DNA of 24,218 nucleotides from a virus (Duplodnaviria; Heunggongvirae; Uroviricota; Caudoviricetes): IMG/VR virus record IMGVR_UViG_2537562231_000018; one strand, 5' to 3'. Shown piece by piece: positions 1 to 7,427 of this stretch (position 1 is its first letter; each line of letters starts with the position of its first letter). The notes under the pieces were generated by a model. It saw only the letters and a program-made list of their open reading frames with translations, ran no database searches and was not told where the DNA came from. The position numbers and the translations under genes were made by a program.

Positions 1-142
1 CACCGTATGAGGATTCTTTAGGCAGATAATAATACTGGTCAGCCCATTCAACTGCCGTCATCGGTACAACCCTGACCAGAGGCTGCAGCGCAACCGAAAC
101 GGCAGCCATCATATTATTCAGTTGTTGCTCTGATATATTCAT
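1..142 (-). CDS. A: terminase large subunit (lambda gpA-like), N-terminal 47 codons; gene continues beyond window start
   Basis: Reverse complement of 1..142 translates MNISEQQLNNMMAAVSVALQPLVRVVPMTAVEWADQYYYLPKESSYG, matching the conserved lambda gpA N-terminus (TAVEWAD..YYLPKES). ATG at 142..140 overlaps the 3' end of the Nu1-like gene as in lambda. Confidence 0.8.
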   Translation of the reverse strand, partial: MNISEQQLNNMMAAVSVALQPLVRVVPMTAVEWADQYYYLPKESSYG

Positions 143-623
143 CGAGTAAATCCGGTAATTTATCCCCTGCCCGCGCACACTGATTTGCCCCCTTAGCAAT
201 AAGGGTTTTCAGATGGTCAAGATGGCGCGGTGTTAAATCAGGAAACTGTCGCTGCATGGATAAAGGGATGGAATCAAGCGTACTGGATAACGCCATTGCC
301 AGCTTACTGAGGGCAAAAATACAGAACCCGGTGTCAATAAGTTTTCCTTTTGACACCTCATTTTCTAACTGCTGTGTAACAGCCTGTTCTGCTGTCAGTT
401 CCCATCTGGCAATAAGCAATTTCTCCTCATAGTCGTCTTCGCTATCGCCATCAGGCACATCGTTTTTACTTCTCCTCAGATACGATATGTAAAAATCGCG
501 CCAGGCATCCAGATCCAGTTGCCCTCGCTTATTCGATATCGGGGCACCCGGCAATTTCTGCAATCTGCGAAGCTGGCGATCGGTCAGACTTAAATGCCTG
601 GCAACTTCAGTCTGCGTAGCCAC
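114..623 (-). CDS. nu1: terminase small subunit (Nu1-like)
   Basis: 169-aa ORF whose C-terminal two thirds (TGFCIFALSKLA..LPLSMQRQFPDL..RHLDHLK..LLDEYI) aligns with lambda Nu1; N-terminal DNA-binding region is divergent. GTG start at 623 with GAGG about 6 nt upstream; lies directly downstream of cos. Confidence 0.85.
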   Translation of the reverse strand: MATQTEVARHLSLTDRQLRRLQKLPGAPISNKRGQLDLDAWRDFYISYLRRSKNDVPDGDSEDDYEEKLLIARWELTAEQAVTQQLENEVSKGKLIDTGFCIFALSKLAMALSSTLDSIPLSMQRQFPDLTPRHLDHLKTLIAKGANQCARAGDKLPDLLDEYIRATTE

Positions 624-670
624 TCCTCACCTCGCAAAAACTCTCACCTCACAATCACAACAAAACCGGT

Positions 671-769
671 CATGTCCGGTTTACATGTCTGTTTTTTGTT
701 CATGTCCGGTTCACAGAAGACCTGTTTTTATATTTTTCATATAGTTAACTTGAAGAGAAACCGGACATG
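671..769. repeat. cosB-like terminase-binding repeats (three ACCGGACATG elements; 671..681 and 701..711 direct, 759..769 inverted) flanking an AT-rich bend region
   Basis: Three copies of CATGTCCGGTT / AACCGGACATG between cosN and the Nu1 start, arranged like lambda R3-I1-R2-R1 but with a different sequence, consistent with the divergent Nu1 N-terminus. Confidence 0.6.
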
Positions 770-807
770 GATCCCGGAAAATTTTCATAAATAGCGAAAA
801 CCCGCGA

Positions 808-851
808 GGTCGCCGCCCCGTAACCTGTCGGATCGCCGGAAAGGACCCACG
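808..851 (-). other. cos: cosN cohesive-end site with lambda-type right-end sequence
   Basis: Reverse complement of 808..851 is GTGGGTCCTTTCCGGCGATCCGACAGGTTACG followed by GGGCGGCGACCT; the minus-strand continuation GGGCGGCGACCTCGCGGGTTTTCGCTATTTATGAAAATTTTCCGG matches the lambda left end as I recall it. The 12-nt cohesive end would be 808..819. Confidence 0.8.
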
Positions 852-1025
852 AAAATGATAATAATTATCATCTACATGAGGTTTATCACGACATGTGTGT
901 ACGCCATCAAACCACGAGAAATAATCAATTATTACGCAGGTATCGTATTAATTGATCTGCATCAAATTAGCGTAAAAGCAACTTCGGATAATACAAATCA
1001 GCAACACTGAATACGGGGCAACATT

Positions 1026-1250
1026 ATGTCATCAAAGAACAGAACCCGCAGAACAACAACCCGCAACATCCGATTTCCAAACCAGATAATTGAACAAATT
1101 AACATCGCTCTTGACCTGAAAGGTTCAGGTAATTTTTCAGCGTGGGTTATTGAAGCCTGCAGAAGAAGATTAATTAATGAAAAACATGCTCAATTTGTAC
1201 CCAACAAAGACAAACACGACCAGAGCACCTGTTCAGACAGGTTTACTTAA
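1026..1250 (+). CDS. small putative DNA-binding protein, ribbon-helix-helix-like (YnfO/YlcI-like by position next to the terminase genes)
   Basis: 74-aa ORF with a basic N-terminus then RNIRFPNQIIEQINIALDLKGSGNFSAWVIEACRRRL, a beta-strand-plus-helix pattern typical of RHH proteins. Qin and DLP12 carry a small gene (ynfO / ylcI) in the same place. Confidence 0.5.
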   Translation: MSSKNRTRRTTTRNIRFPNQIIEQINIALDLKGSGNFSAWVIEACRRRLINEKHAQFVPNKDKHDQSTCSDRFT

Positions 1251-1255
1251 ACGAC

Positions 1256-1645
1256 TTATATATGACACAAAAAGCGACCACTAAAGTCGCTTTTTCTTAT
1301 GGTAACAGGCAATAACTCTCTCAGATATTTTTTAGCATTTTTTTGACCGCGCGTTTCCGGACGTATTCTGTTCTCCTGTCCCTTTATATCGTCGGAATAC
1401 CCGCCGCTCTTCAAATCCCATTCCCAACTCAGAATGTAGTCTGTTGACCGCTTGTTTATTTCGGTCAGGTTCACCGGTGAAACCGGAGTCCGGCGCGCCT
1501 TACGCAAACACTCTGCTCGTTTCTGTGCCGCCACTTTTCTTTTCTGGTCATCACTTAGCTGTACCATCACTTTTGCCCATCGTTCAGCTGCTCTCCGGTA
1601 CAGTCCTTTTTTCTCCAGACATTCTGCCACGTGATCATGTAGCAT
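1256..1645 (-). CDS. PerC-family transcriptional regulator (Pch-like)
   Basis: N-terminus DHVAECLEKKGLYRRAAERWAKVM matches the PerC/Pch signature (AE.LE.KGLxRRAA.RW) as I recall it. Preceded on its 5' side by a roughly 450-bp AT-rich tract. Confidence 0.65.
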   Translation of the reverse strand: MLHDHVAECLEKKGLYRRAAERWAKVMVQLSDDQKRKVAAQKRAECLRKARRTPVSPVNLTEINKRSTDYILSWEWDLKSGGYSDDIKGQENRIRPETRGQKNAKKYLRELLPVTIRKSDFSGRFLCHI

Positions 1646-2109
1646 AAGTGACCTCCGATTATCTACAGACTGCCATCCTGAATTTACCTTCCCTTAATGA
1701 AATAACAATAAAAAACAAACCACGCAAAAACAATAAAACAACACACAAAAAAACTAAATAATAAACAAAAATAATCACCTTATTTTATTATTTTTTGAGG
1801 GAGCAATTACTGAACAAAAAACGCTGACTATATACTCAAAACCAAACAACTATTCTGCCAATCAGGTATCATGGCAACACACGGAATTACCGTGTTTTTG
1901 CCTTCTCTGCCCATACAATACGGGCATATACTTCATTCTCTATTGTAATATTTCTATCCATGTGCCCCACTCCATTTACCTGTAAATAATATTCAAAATA
2001 TTTATCACAGAAATCGTTTTTGGCCATGAACTGAGCACACTATAAAGTCCGGAACTGACTCTTTGTTAAATTACCTTAACGTTACCAGTAACACCTTCAT
2101 AACAAAACA

Positions 2110-2576
2110 TCACGGTATACACTGGGTACGGATATATTCCTGTGCTCCTTCCAGTTGCTTCTGCATTGCCATCAGCCGTTCTCTGAGGATGAAATAATCC
2201 CGTTCAGCGGCTTCTGCCAGTCGGGGACCGGTTGCATTATCCACGCCGGAGGTGACGGGGGCTTCACGCAAGGAACCGGACAGGTGGCGTTGATCCGCAG
2301 GCGCTTACGACCAACGGCAACATCAGCACGCAGAGTTTCATTTTCAGCTCTCGCATCGGCTAATTCCCTCGAGTATCTGGCATCAAGTGCAGCGACATCA
2401 CGCTGGCGTACCTGCATATCAGTAATTGTCACGTTCGCCAGCTTCAGCTCACTGGCTTTTTTACCGCGTTGCGCTTTGTAGGTAATGGCGTTATCGCGGT
2501 AATGATTCAGCCCCAGACTAAGCACACCACAGGCTACCAGCAGGACAATAATCACCACACACAGAACACGGTTCAT
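2110..2576 (-). CDS. Rz: Rz i-spanin, interrupted by an apparent 1-bp frameshift near 2262..2297
   Basis: N-terminal 100 aa ([50 protein letters not shown]) align with lambda Rz; the frame then runs into the Rz1 C-terminus. The Rz C-terminus ([52 protein letters not shown]) is intact in the -1 frame, ending at 2110..2112. Tracker ORF is 2172..2576. Confidence 0.75.
2172..2341 (-). CDS. Rz1: Rz1 o-spanin lipoprotein embedded in Rz, split by the same frameshift
   Basis: [15 protein letters not shown] (signal plus lipobox) from ATG 2341 runs to a stop at 2264..2266; the Rz1 C-terminus [32 protein letters not shown] is in the frame shared with the Rz N-terminus. Compare lambda Rz1 ..[32 protein letters not shown]. 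Confidence 0.65.
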
Positions 2577-2583
2577 ATCCCCC

Positions 2584-2715
2584 TCACCCCACCAGCCATG
2601 ACAAAGTTAAGACGCGCCAGGCAGTGGAAAAGCAAATAGCAACCAGCATTAGTGAAAATGAAATGCCGACGATTACACAGAGGATCTTCGCCAGCGTTAT
2701 GAGCTTGTCTGACAT
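2584..2715 (-). CDS. hypothetical 43-aa hydrophobic peptide
   Basis: [43 protein letters not shown]; GAGGA SD 6 nt upstream of the ATG; stop lies just upstream of the Rz SD. Below the ORF-track size cutoff. Confidence 0.3.
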   Translation of the reverse strand: MSDKLITLAKILCVIVGISFSLMLVAICFSTAWRVLTLSWLVG

Positions 2716-2727
2716 GCTTAATCCTCT

Positions 2728-2874
2728 TCACGATTTCAACGCAATGACCAGTTTTGCCAGCCCATACAGCATCGGAGACACAGCAATACCGACCGCCACC
2801 CACTTAATAGCAAAAGCCAGCGCTCTGCTGACGTCATCAGTTACAGGCGCTTTCAGTTCAAGGCCGTTTTTCAT
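2728..2874 (-). CDS. hypothetical 48-aa membrane peptide
   Basis: MKNGLELKAPVTDDVSRALAFAIKWVAVGIAVSPMLYGLAKLVIALKS; weak SD; followed 10 nt later by the 43-aa ORF. Confidence 0.25.
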   Translation of the reverse strand: MKNGLELKAPVTDDVSRALAFAIKWVAVGIAVSPMLYGLAKLVIALKS

Positions 2875-2943
2875 AGTCAATCTCAACAGAATTCGTTTAT
2901 ACTTTCCATGTTCTCCCTTGCCTTACTCAAGGTCAGAAACACA

Positions 2944-2974
2944 AAACCCCGTTTGCGGCCAACAAACGGGGTTT
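2944..2974. terminator. 12-bp-stem hairpin (AAACCCCGTTTG / CAAACGGGGTTT) between R and the small ORFs, T-rich on both sides
   Basis: Perfect inverted repeat with a 7-nt loop, followed by ACTTTTATT on + and UGUGUUUCU on the minus-strand RNA; candidate intrinsic terminator or attenuator inside the late operon. Confidence 0.4.
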
Positions 2975-3063
2975 ACTTTTATTCACTTAGTTTTTGCCAG
3001 TTCGCAGGATTTCGTGTTATCCGCCAGTGTGAGCAAACCGCATTTTTCAGCAAAATATTCTGC

Positions 3064-3597
3064 TTATCTGTCAATTCCCCAGCACGCCAGCGCGCTCTCC
3101 TGGTCACGCCGTGAAACCTGACCGTAGCAGTTGTTTGAGCGAATACGGCAGTCTCTGCCACCGTCCTTAATCCACCAGCGAATCGCCTCACACGCTCCCC
3201 TGCGATCACCTGCATTAATTCGTCTGTAAAACGTCGACGGGAAACACTTACCGGGACCAATGTTGTACGGACAGAATGACGCGATCCCCGCTTTCTGGGG
3301 TTCGGTCAGCGGTACTTTAATATTGCGCTCCACCCACTCCAGCGCCTTATCACGTTCAATGGCGTTAACCTGGTCGCATTTTTCCTTCGACAACTTCATG
3401 CCCGGAACGACAGGTTTACCATCCACCAGGATGGCACCGCGGCAGATGGTCCAGATACCCGCACCATCACGGTATGCCGTGGTGTGGTTACCTTCTTTTT
3501 CGTCAAGAAACTGGTCGAGGATTTCAGGCGCAGACGCCCCTGCACCAATCAGCGCCAGAACGGCAGCCGACAGGCCGTATCTGATTTTTGCGTTCAT
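3064..3597 (-). CDS. R: SAR endolysin (T4-lysozyme-family muramidase with N-terminal signal-anchor-release domain)
   Basis: 177 aa; N-terminal GLSAAVLALIGAGASA hydrophobic stretch; catalytic E-x8-D-x5-T spacing in EGNHTTAYRDGAGIWTICRG; sits between the holin and Rz. Confidence 0.85.
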   Translation of the reverse strand: MNAKIRYGLSAAVLALIGAGASAPEILDQFLDEKEGNHTTAYRDGAGIWTICRGAILVDGKPVVPGMKLSKEKCDQVNAIERDKALEWVERNIKVPLTEPQKAGIASFCPYNIGPGKCFPSTFYRRINAGDRRGACEAIRWWIKDGGRDCRIRSNNCYGQVSRRDQESALACWGIDR

Positions 3598-3647
3598 GGA
3601 TATTTATCAGGGTTTATCGATTTCAAATCCCTGGATATGTTAAGTCT

Positions 3648-3986
3648 TCAGGCCAGCGGTGGAGTCTTCAGAGAACCAGTAATTATTCCCGGTAGTTTTC
3701 CTCTGTAGGTTATCAACACATCCTGCGCCTCTAAAATTACGGGGCGCTTTTCCGGCAACGGACCATCCCCTTCACATAACCCGGCAGCAACATCCATGAA
3801 AAACTGCTTCGCCTGCTTTTTCGCCTCAGCTTCGTAAAACTCCAGCGTGGCACCTTCAGTACGGTCAAGACTAATCGCCACATCTGGCAACAACAGTGAC
3901 GGATACCCACCAATTTCCAGTGCCACAGTAATCTTATCCGGGTAATTATTTATCCCTTTAACACCCAGTTCGTATTTTTTCTTCAT
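3648..3986 (-). CDS. hypothetical soluble protein between holin and endolysin (YdfR-like by position)
   Basis: 112-aa ORF; GGGGGGAG SD 7 nt upstream; ATG 4 nt after the S stop. In Qin a gene (ydfR) occupies the same slot between essQ and rrrQ; sequence identity was not verified. Confidence 0.5.
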   Translation of the reverse strand: MKKKYELGVKGINNYPDKITVALEIGGYPSLLLPDVAISLDRTEGATLEFYEAEAKKQAKQFFMDVAAGLCEGDGPLPEKRPVILEAQDVLITYRGKLPGIITGSLKTPPLA

Positions 3987-3990
3987 CGCT

Positions 3991-4197
3991 TTACTCCCCC
4001 CGCGCCGCCTTACGACGGTCCTCTCTGATTTTGAAATACAGGTTAGTCAGATACGTCAGCAGGCCAAACAGCAGACTCCCCAGCACACCGATTGCCACCC
4101 ACTGGGACGGAGAGACTTTGTCCAGCAGCTGCAGTAACCAGTATCCCGTCCCCACCGCTGACGTGGTGTATGACACACCTGTTGTGATTTTTTCCAT
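3991..4197 (-). CDS. S: holin, phage-21 S-like pinholin
   Basis: 68 aa, [68 protein letters not shown]; closely resembles S21 as recalled (..[35 protein letters not shown]); two TM helices and a charged C-terminus. Confidence 0.8.
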   Translation of the reverse strand: MEKITTGVSYTTSAVGTGYWLLQLLDKVSPSQWVAIGVLGSLLFGLLTYLTNLYFKIREDRRKAARGE

Positions 4198-4454
4198 CTG
4201 ATGTATGTCTCCGTCACCGCCGACAGAAAATGAAAGTAAAGGAAAACAAAAAGCCGCCAGTGTCGCCCACTGACGGCCAACGCCGGGAGCCGTGATTATG
4301 GCATTCAGGCTCTGCTAAAAATGCCAGATAACATTCCGGCTCCCCCCCCTGACTTCAGGTTATAAATGACACAATATCTTGACAACACCCATCACTGTCT
4401 GTCAGAAATGTACTGCCAGATATAAGTATCATGTGAAACCCAACTATCCTTCTT

Positions 4455-4497
4455 AGCCAGTACTTCTCCGACGAAAGTCAGTACTGGCTGTTTTTTT
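4455..4497 (+). terminator. plus-strand intrinsic-terminator-like hairpin (AGCCAGTACT / AGTACTGGCT) followed by T7
   Basis: 10-bp perfect inverted repeat with a 15-nt loop, then GTTTTTTT, ending right at the nanS-p stop codon. On the minus strand the run is A-rich on the 5' side, so it looks unidirectional. Confidence 0.35.
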
Positions 4498-4498
4498 A

Positions 4499-6349
4499 TT
4501 ATGCTGCCGGTGCATTTATCTCCAGCACCAGACTTTCTATCTCAACGCCATACGCTGCATTTTTTGTAACATCCGTCAGCGTCAGCGCATTCAGTCCCAG
4601 TGTCAGACTGTCTTTTATAACCTGGAATGCCGGGCCAGCCACTCCATTCAGTTTCGGAGTAACCGTGGCACTGCCGGCGGTGAACACCAGCTCCAGCGTC
4701 TGCCAGTCGTTACCGTAATCGCCGAACTCCCCCAGCTTCGTGTTTCCGGCTTTCCTGTGATGCATCAGATTCACCCTGCCGTTAGTGGTCTGAGTGAAGT
4801 ACGACATCAGGAACGGATTACCGGTACCCGTCATCGCCACACCATCAGGAACGGGAGCATCCGTATACAGATAAATCCCCAGCCCGAACTGATTGTTGGT
4901 CAGTGCGCCTGACAGGCGGAACTTACAGGTCAGTCTGCCGCCCTGTGTCAGCAGGGTAATTGCGTCATCCACCGAATGCGTCAGGGACCAGGTTTTATTG
5001 CTCTGCTTGGTGATCTTAAATACACCATCTGACAACTGAATTCCGCCATCCTTAATGCTCCAGCCCTGCGCAGCAGCCTCTCCGGCTGCCGGCAGCAGGG
5101 AGATTGTGCGAACGGACGTATCTGCAGACGGACCCGATGGCGTGTTGCCGCCGGGCGAGGGTTTGATTTCCGGTGCCTTACCACTGATGAAGGCTGAGGT
5201 GCGCCCGGCTGCGTTCAGAATAGCGGTTGCCAGACGATCCGGAATAATGCTCCTGCGCGCCCATGAACTGAAATGTGTCGGGCGGTTTGATGATACCTGG
5301 TTTCCATTCGTTCTCGATGCCGCACCGTAATATCCTGATGCCGGAATATCCGGATCTTCTGCCGGCGCGTTAGTGGCGGTATTGACGCCGTTACCGTCTG
5401 TCATGAAGGGCACAAAATAAACGCCCTCACTCTCCCTGTTTTTATACCCGCCGTACACGGTGTCGTATTGGGTAGCGTATGTATTTTTCCAGTAATACGT
5501 CGTGTCACCACAAACCCACGGCACATCTGCAGCGCTGCCACCATGGCACTGCGCGTTAAACACGGAGAGGTCAGCACGAAACTGTGTCAGCATGGCTGTA
5601 AACAGCGCAGGTTGCTGTGCGTGGGTGGCGGCGCTCATGTCAAACTCACCCTGCATCCAGCAGACGGCCAGCAGAACGTTTTTGGGATTTTTCTGCAATG
5701 CCGCTTTTGTGCGGGAAATCAGATCCTGATATAACGGCTTGCCCACCCCCCAGCGTGCCGAATCCTGACTGGCCCCCGTGGACTCGCTGAATGTCCCCTC
5801 CGCGCCCTGGGTAAATGCCGAACCACCACGACAGCATGGTACCAGCAGGATCCCCGCGTTATTCGGGATATACGGGAGCAGTTTTTTGGCAATATGTAAA
5901 CCCTGGCCGACACAGCCGTACTGCCCTTTGCTCAGGTCAGCCCTCGGATGATTCAGCGTACTCATATCCTGCACATCATGCAGACAGTGGTCAGCCGGAA
6001 TAATATCGTTATATCTGCAGGCAGCCCCGCCCGGCGTCACTGTACTGCGGCGCGCCAGCTGTTTAATGCGCGGATCCGGAGCATCGTATGAATCCGGCAG
6101 CGGAAGCCCTTCACCGTAAGCCATGGCATTGGACTGCCCGGCCAGTACGATGACGTAGTACCAATCCGGCTCAGATGAAGGGCCGACCTGTGGCTCTCCT
6201 TCAATAGCCACCGCCTGCATCAGTGTGTACGGCGTAATGGCAACCGGTCCGCCGTATGGCTGCCAGCCCTCTTTCAGTTTGTGTGTCAGCTTTTCCGCAA
6301 GGTCTGACGGCGACGCCGCCCTGACAACATCATAATGTTTAATCGACAT
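4499..6349 (-). CDS. nanS-p: NanS-p-like sialate O-acetylesterase (N-terminal DUF1737-like region plus SGNH/SASA esterase domain)
   Basis: 616 aa; N-terminus MSIKHYDVV; esterase block YYVIVLAGQSNAMAYGEG (GQSN catalytic-serine motif); located between Q/pR' and the lysis genes, the slot used by stx and nanS-p in Stx phages. Confidence 0.75.
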   Translation of the reverse strand: MSIKHYDVVRAASPSDLAEKLTHKLKEGWQPYGGPVAITPYTLMQAVAIEGEPQVGPSSEPDWYYVIVLAGQSNAMAYGEGLPLPDSYDAPDPRIKQLARRSTVTPGGAACRYNDIIPADHCLHDVQDMSTLNHPRADLSKGQYGCVGQGLHIAKKLLPYIPNNAGILLVPCCRGGSAFTQGAEGTFSESTGASQDSARWGVGKPLYQDLISRTKAALQKNPKNVLLAVCWMQGEFDMSAATHAQQPALFTAMLTQFRADLSVFNAQCHGGSAADVPWVCGDTTYYWKNTYATQYDTVYGGYKNRESEGVYFVPFMTDGNGVNTATNAPAEDPDIPASGYYGAASRTNGNQVSSNRPTHFSSWARRSIIPDRLATAILNAAGRTSAFISGKAPEIKPSPGGNTPSGPSADTSVRTISLLPAAGEAAAQGWSIKDGGIQLSDGVFKITKQSNKTWSLTHSVDDAITLLTQGGRLTCKFRLSGALTNNQFGLGIYLYTDAPVPDGVAMTGTGNPFLMSYFTQTTNGRVNLMHHRKAGNTKLGEFGDYGNDWQTLELVFTAGSATVTPKLNGVAGPAFQVIKDSLTLGLNALTLTDVTKNAAYGVEIESLVLEINAPAA

Positions 6350-6435
6350 CGAATTTCTCCCGTGTAGAGGAACAGAGTTAAAAAGCCGGAAGCGGAATCA
6401 AATCACAGGATGACCATCTGCCAGTGGCTGGTCGT

Positions 6436-6462
6436 AAAAAAAAGGCCGCGCCATGCGCAGCC
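6436..6462 (-). terminator. intrinsic terminator (minus-strand RNA GGCUGCGC-AUG-GCGCGGCC followed by U8)
   Basis: 8-bp GC-rich stem with one G-U pair, 3-nt loop, then eight U; lies between the TerB-like/membrane-peptide pair and nanS-p. Confidence 0.55.
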
Positions 6463-6663
6463 GAAAATAAAGGGATAACGATGATAGTTTGAGAAAAACA
6501 GAAATAACACTTTTGTGGCAAAGCATGGTGCCGGGTGCCTCCCGGTGAATTCAGTATCAGCACCTGAATCCGCGATTACCCCATATTCCTTCTTGCTGAT
6601 TGCCCCACCGCACAGGGGGATTCACCATGCAGAAGTGTTTTTAATAAACAGCAAACAAAAAAA

Positions 6664-6831
6664 TCAAGCATTATGCAGGCTGTTTCTTTTTATCACCGGC
6701 CACAGCAATACCATAATGCCGCAGACCAGCACCCCATCCGCCAGCACCGACATGATTCTGCTGGTGAAATCCACCATCACCACCAGAAACAGCAGGAGTG
6801 CAGCCACAGTCAGGCGCAGTTTTACCGTCAC
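6664..6831 (-). CDS. hypothetical 55-aa membrane protein (GTG start overlapping the upstream stop)
   Basis: VTVKLRLTVAALLLFLVVMVDFTSRIMSVLADGVLVCGIMVLLWPVIKRNSLHNA; GTGA start/stop overlap with the TerB-like frame; alternative internal ATG gives 37 aa. Confidence 0.3.
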   Translation of the reverse strand: MTVKLRLTVAALLLFLVVMVDFTSRIMSVLADGVLVCGIMVLLWPVIKRNSLHNA

Positions 6832-7223
6832 AGGTAATTCTCCAGACGAAGACCCAGAACACCGGCAATCTCTTCCAGCACCTTGCGCTCTTCCGGCTCA
6901 ATTTCGCCGTCTGCCTCCGCAATGGCCACCGCCACATCCAGCACATCTTCCGCTTCACGCGTATCGTGTTTCACATCCTCGATCTCACGTAACGCCGCAC
7001 GACGACCAGTTTTAAAGTTCGTATCCAGCTGACCGATAATGGTTGCGCTAATCGCATTAATTTCTGACGTAAACGCGTACAGCGCAGGCTGATTACGCAG
7101 TACCTGTTCGATCTTCGCTTTCTAGGAAGCCTCACATTCACCATCTGCACAGGCCACCAGGTATGCGGCGTTAATCACCGCCTGTGCCAGATCGCGTTTC
7201 TCAAACTTTCCTTTTTCCGGTTA
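6828..7223 (-). pseudogene. TerB-like protein remnant: no usable start, in-frame TAG at 7122..7124
   Basis: Minus-strand frame reads ..DLAQAVINAAYLVACADGECEAS-TAG-KAKIEQVLRNQPALYAFTSEINAISATIIGQLDTNFKTGRRAALREIEDVKHDTREAEDVLDVAVAIAEADGEIEPEERKVLEEIAGVLGLRLENYL; two A-x-A-D-G-x4-E-E helical repeats resemble the TerB tellurite-resistance family. No ATG in frame. Confidence 0.45.
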
Positions 7224-7323
7224 ACGTGACACACCAATAACTCTTGTCGAAAAAGCCAGCAAGCTGAAAGACCGGTATTCACAACCACCAGCGCGTTTAC
7301 TGTACTGGCGTGATTTCAGTCAT

Positions 7324-7346
7324 AAAAAAACCCGCCTGGCGACGGG
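7324..7346 (-). terminator. tR'-like intrinsic terminator downstream of pR'
   Basis: Minus-strand RNA CCCGUCGCCAGGCGGG followed by U7, about 45 to 65 nt downstream of the predicted late transcription start; same arrangement as the lambda pR'-6S-tR' unit. Confidence 0.6.
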
Positions 7347-7387
7347 TGTAAAAAATCTTCTAACGTCAGGCATAAAACGCCCATCGT

Positions 7388-7425
7388 TAGGGCAAATTTA
7401 CCACAGATTCGGGAAAAATCAACAA
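7388..7425 (-). promoter_or_regulatory. late promoter pR' with qut-like site
   Basis: Minus strand TTGATT-16 bp-TAAATT then TGCCCTAACGATGGGCG, very close to lambda pR' (TTGACT..TAAATTTGACTCAACGATGGGTT as recalled); immediately downstream of the Q stop. Confidence 0.65.
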
Positions 7426-7427
7426 AG

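Noticed and set aside
1887-2027. 46-aa minus-strand ORF (MAKNDFCDKYFEYY..) in the AT-rich tract downstream of Rz
   Set aside because: No SD and AT-rich context where random ORFs are common; not Bor-like.
2624-3121. 165-aa plus-strand ORF across the R-Rz interval
   Set aside because: Antisense to the lysis cassette, overlaps the R 3' end, Ser/Thr-rich low-complexity translation, no SD; the minus-strand small ORFs and hairpin explain the region better.
4981-5913. Several 60 to 90-aa ORFs on both strands inside nanS-p
   Set aside because: Fully nested within a well-supported 616-aa gene; GC-rich alternative-frame artefacts. The same applies to nested ORFs inside IS66 tnpC (for example 13866..14261, 14373..14663).
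6515-7015. Plus-strand 166-aa ORF and minus-strand 95-aa ORF (6671..6958) in the cargo slot
   Set aside because: Both are in frames other than the TerB-like frame and translate to Pro/Arg/Trp-rich junk; judged to be by-products of GC-rich coding sequence on the minus strand.
6350-7427. Search for stx genes and tRNA genes (ileZ/argN/argO-type) between Q and the lysis genes
   Set aside because: No AB5 toxin-like ORFs and no tRNA-like T-arm motifs (GTTCGAATC/GTTCAAATC) were found; the slot holds the TerB-like remnant and nanS-p instead.
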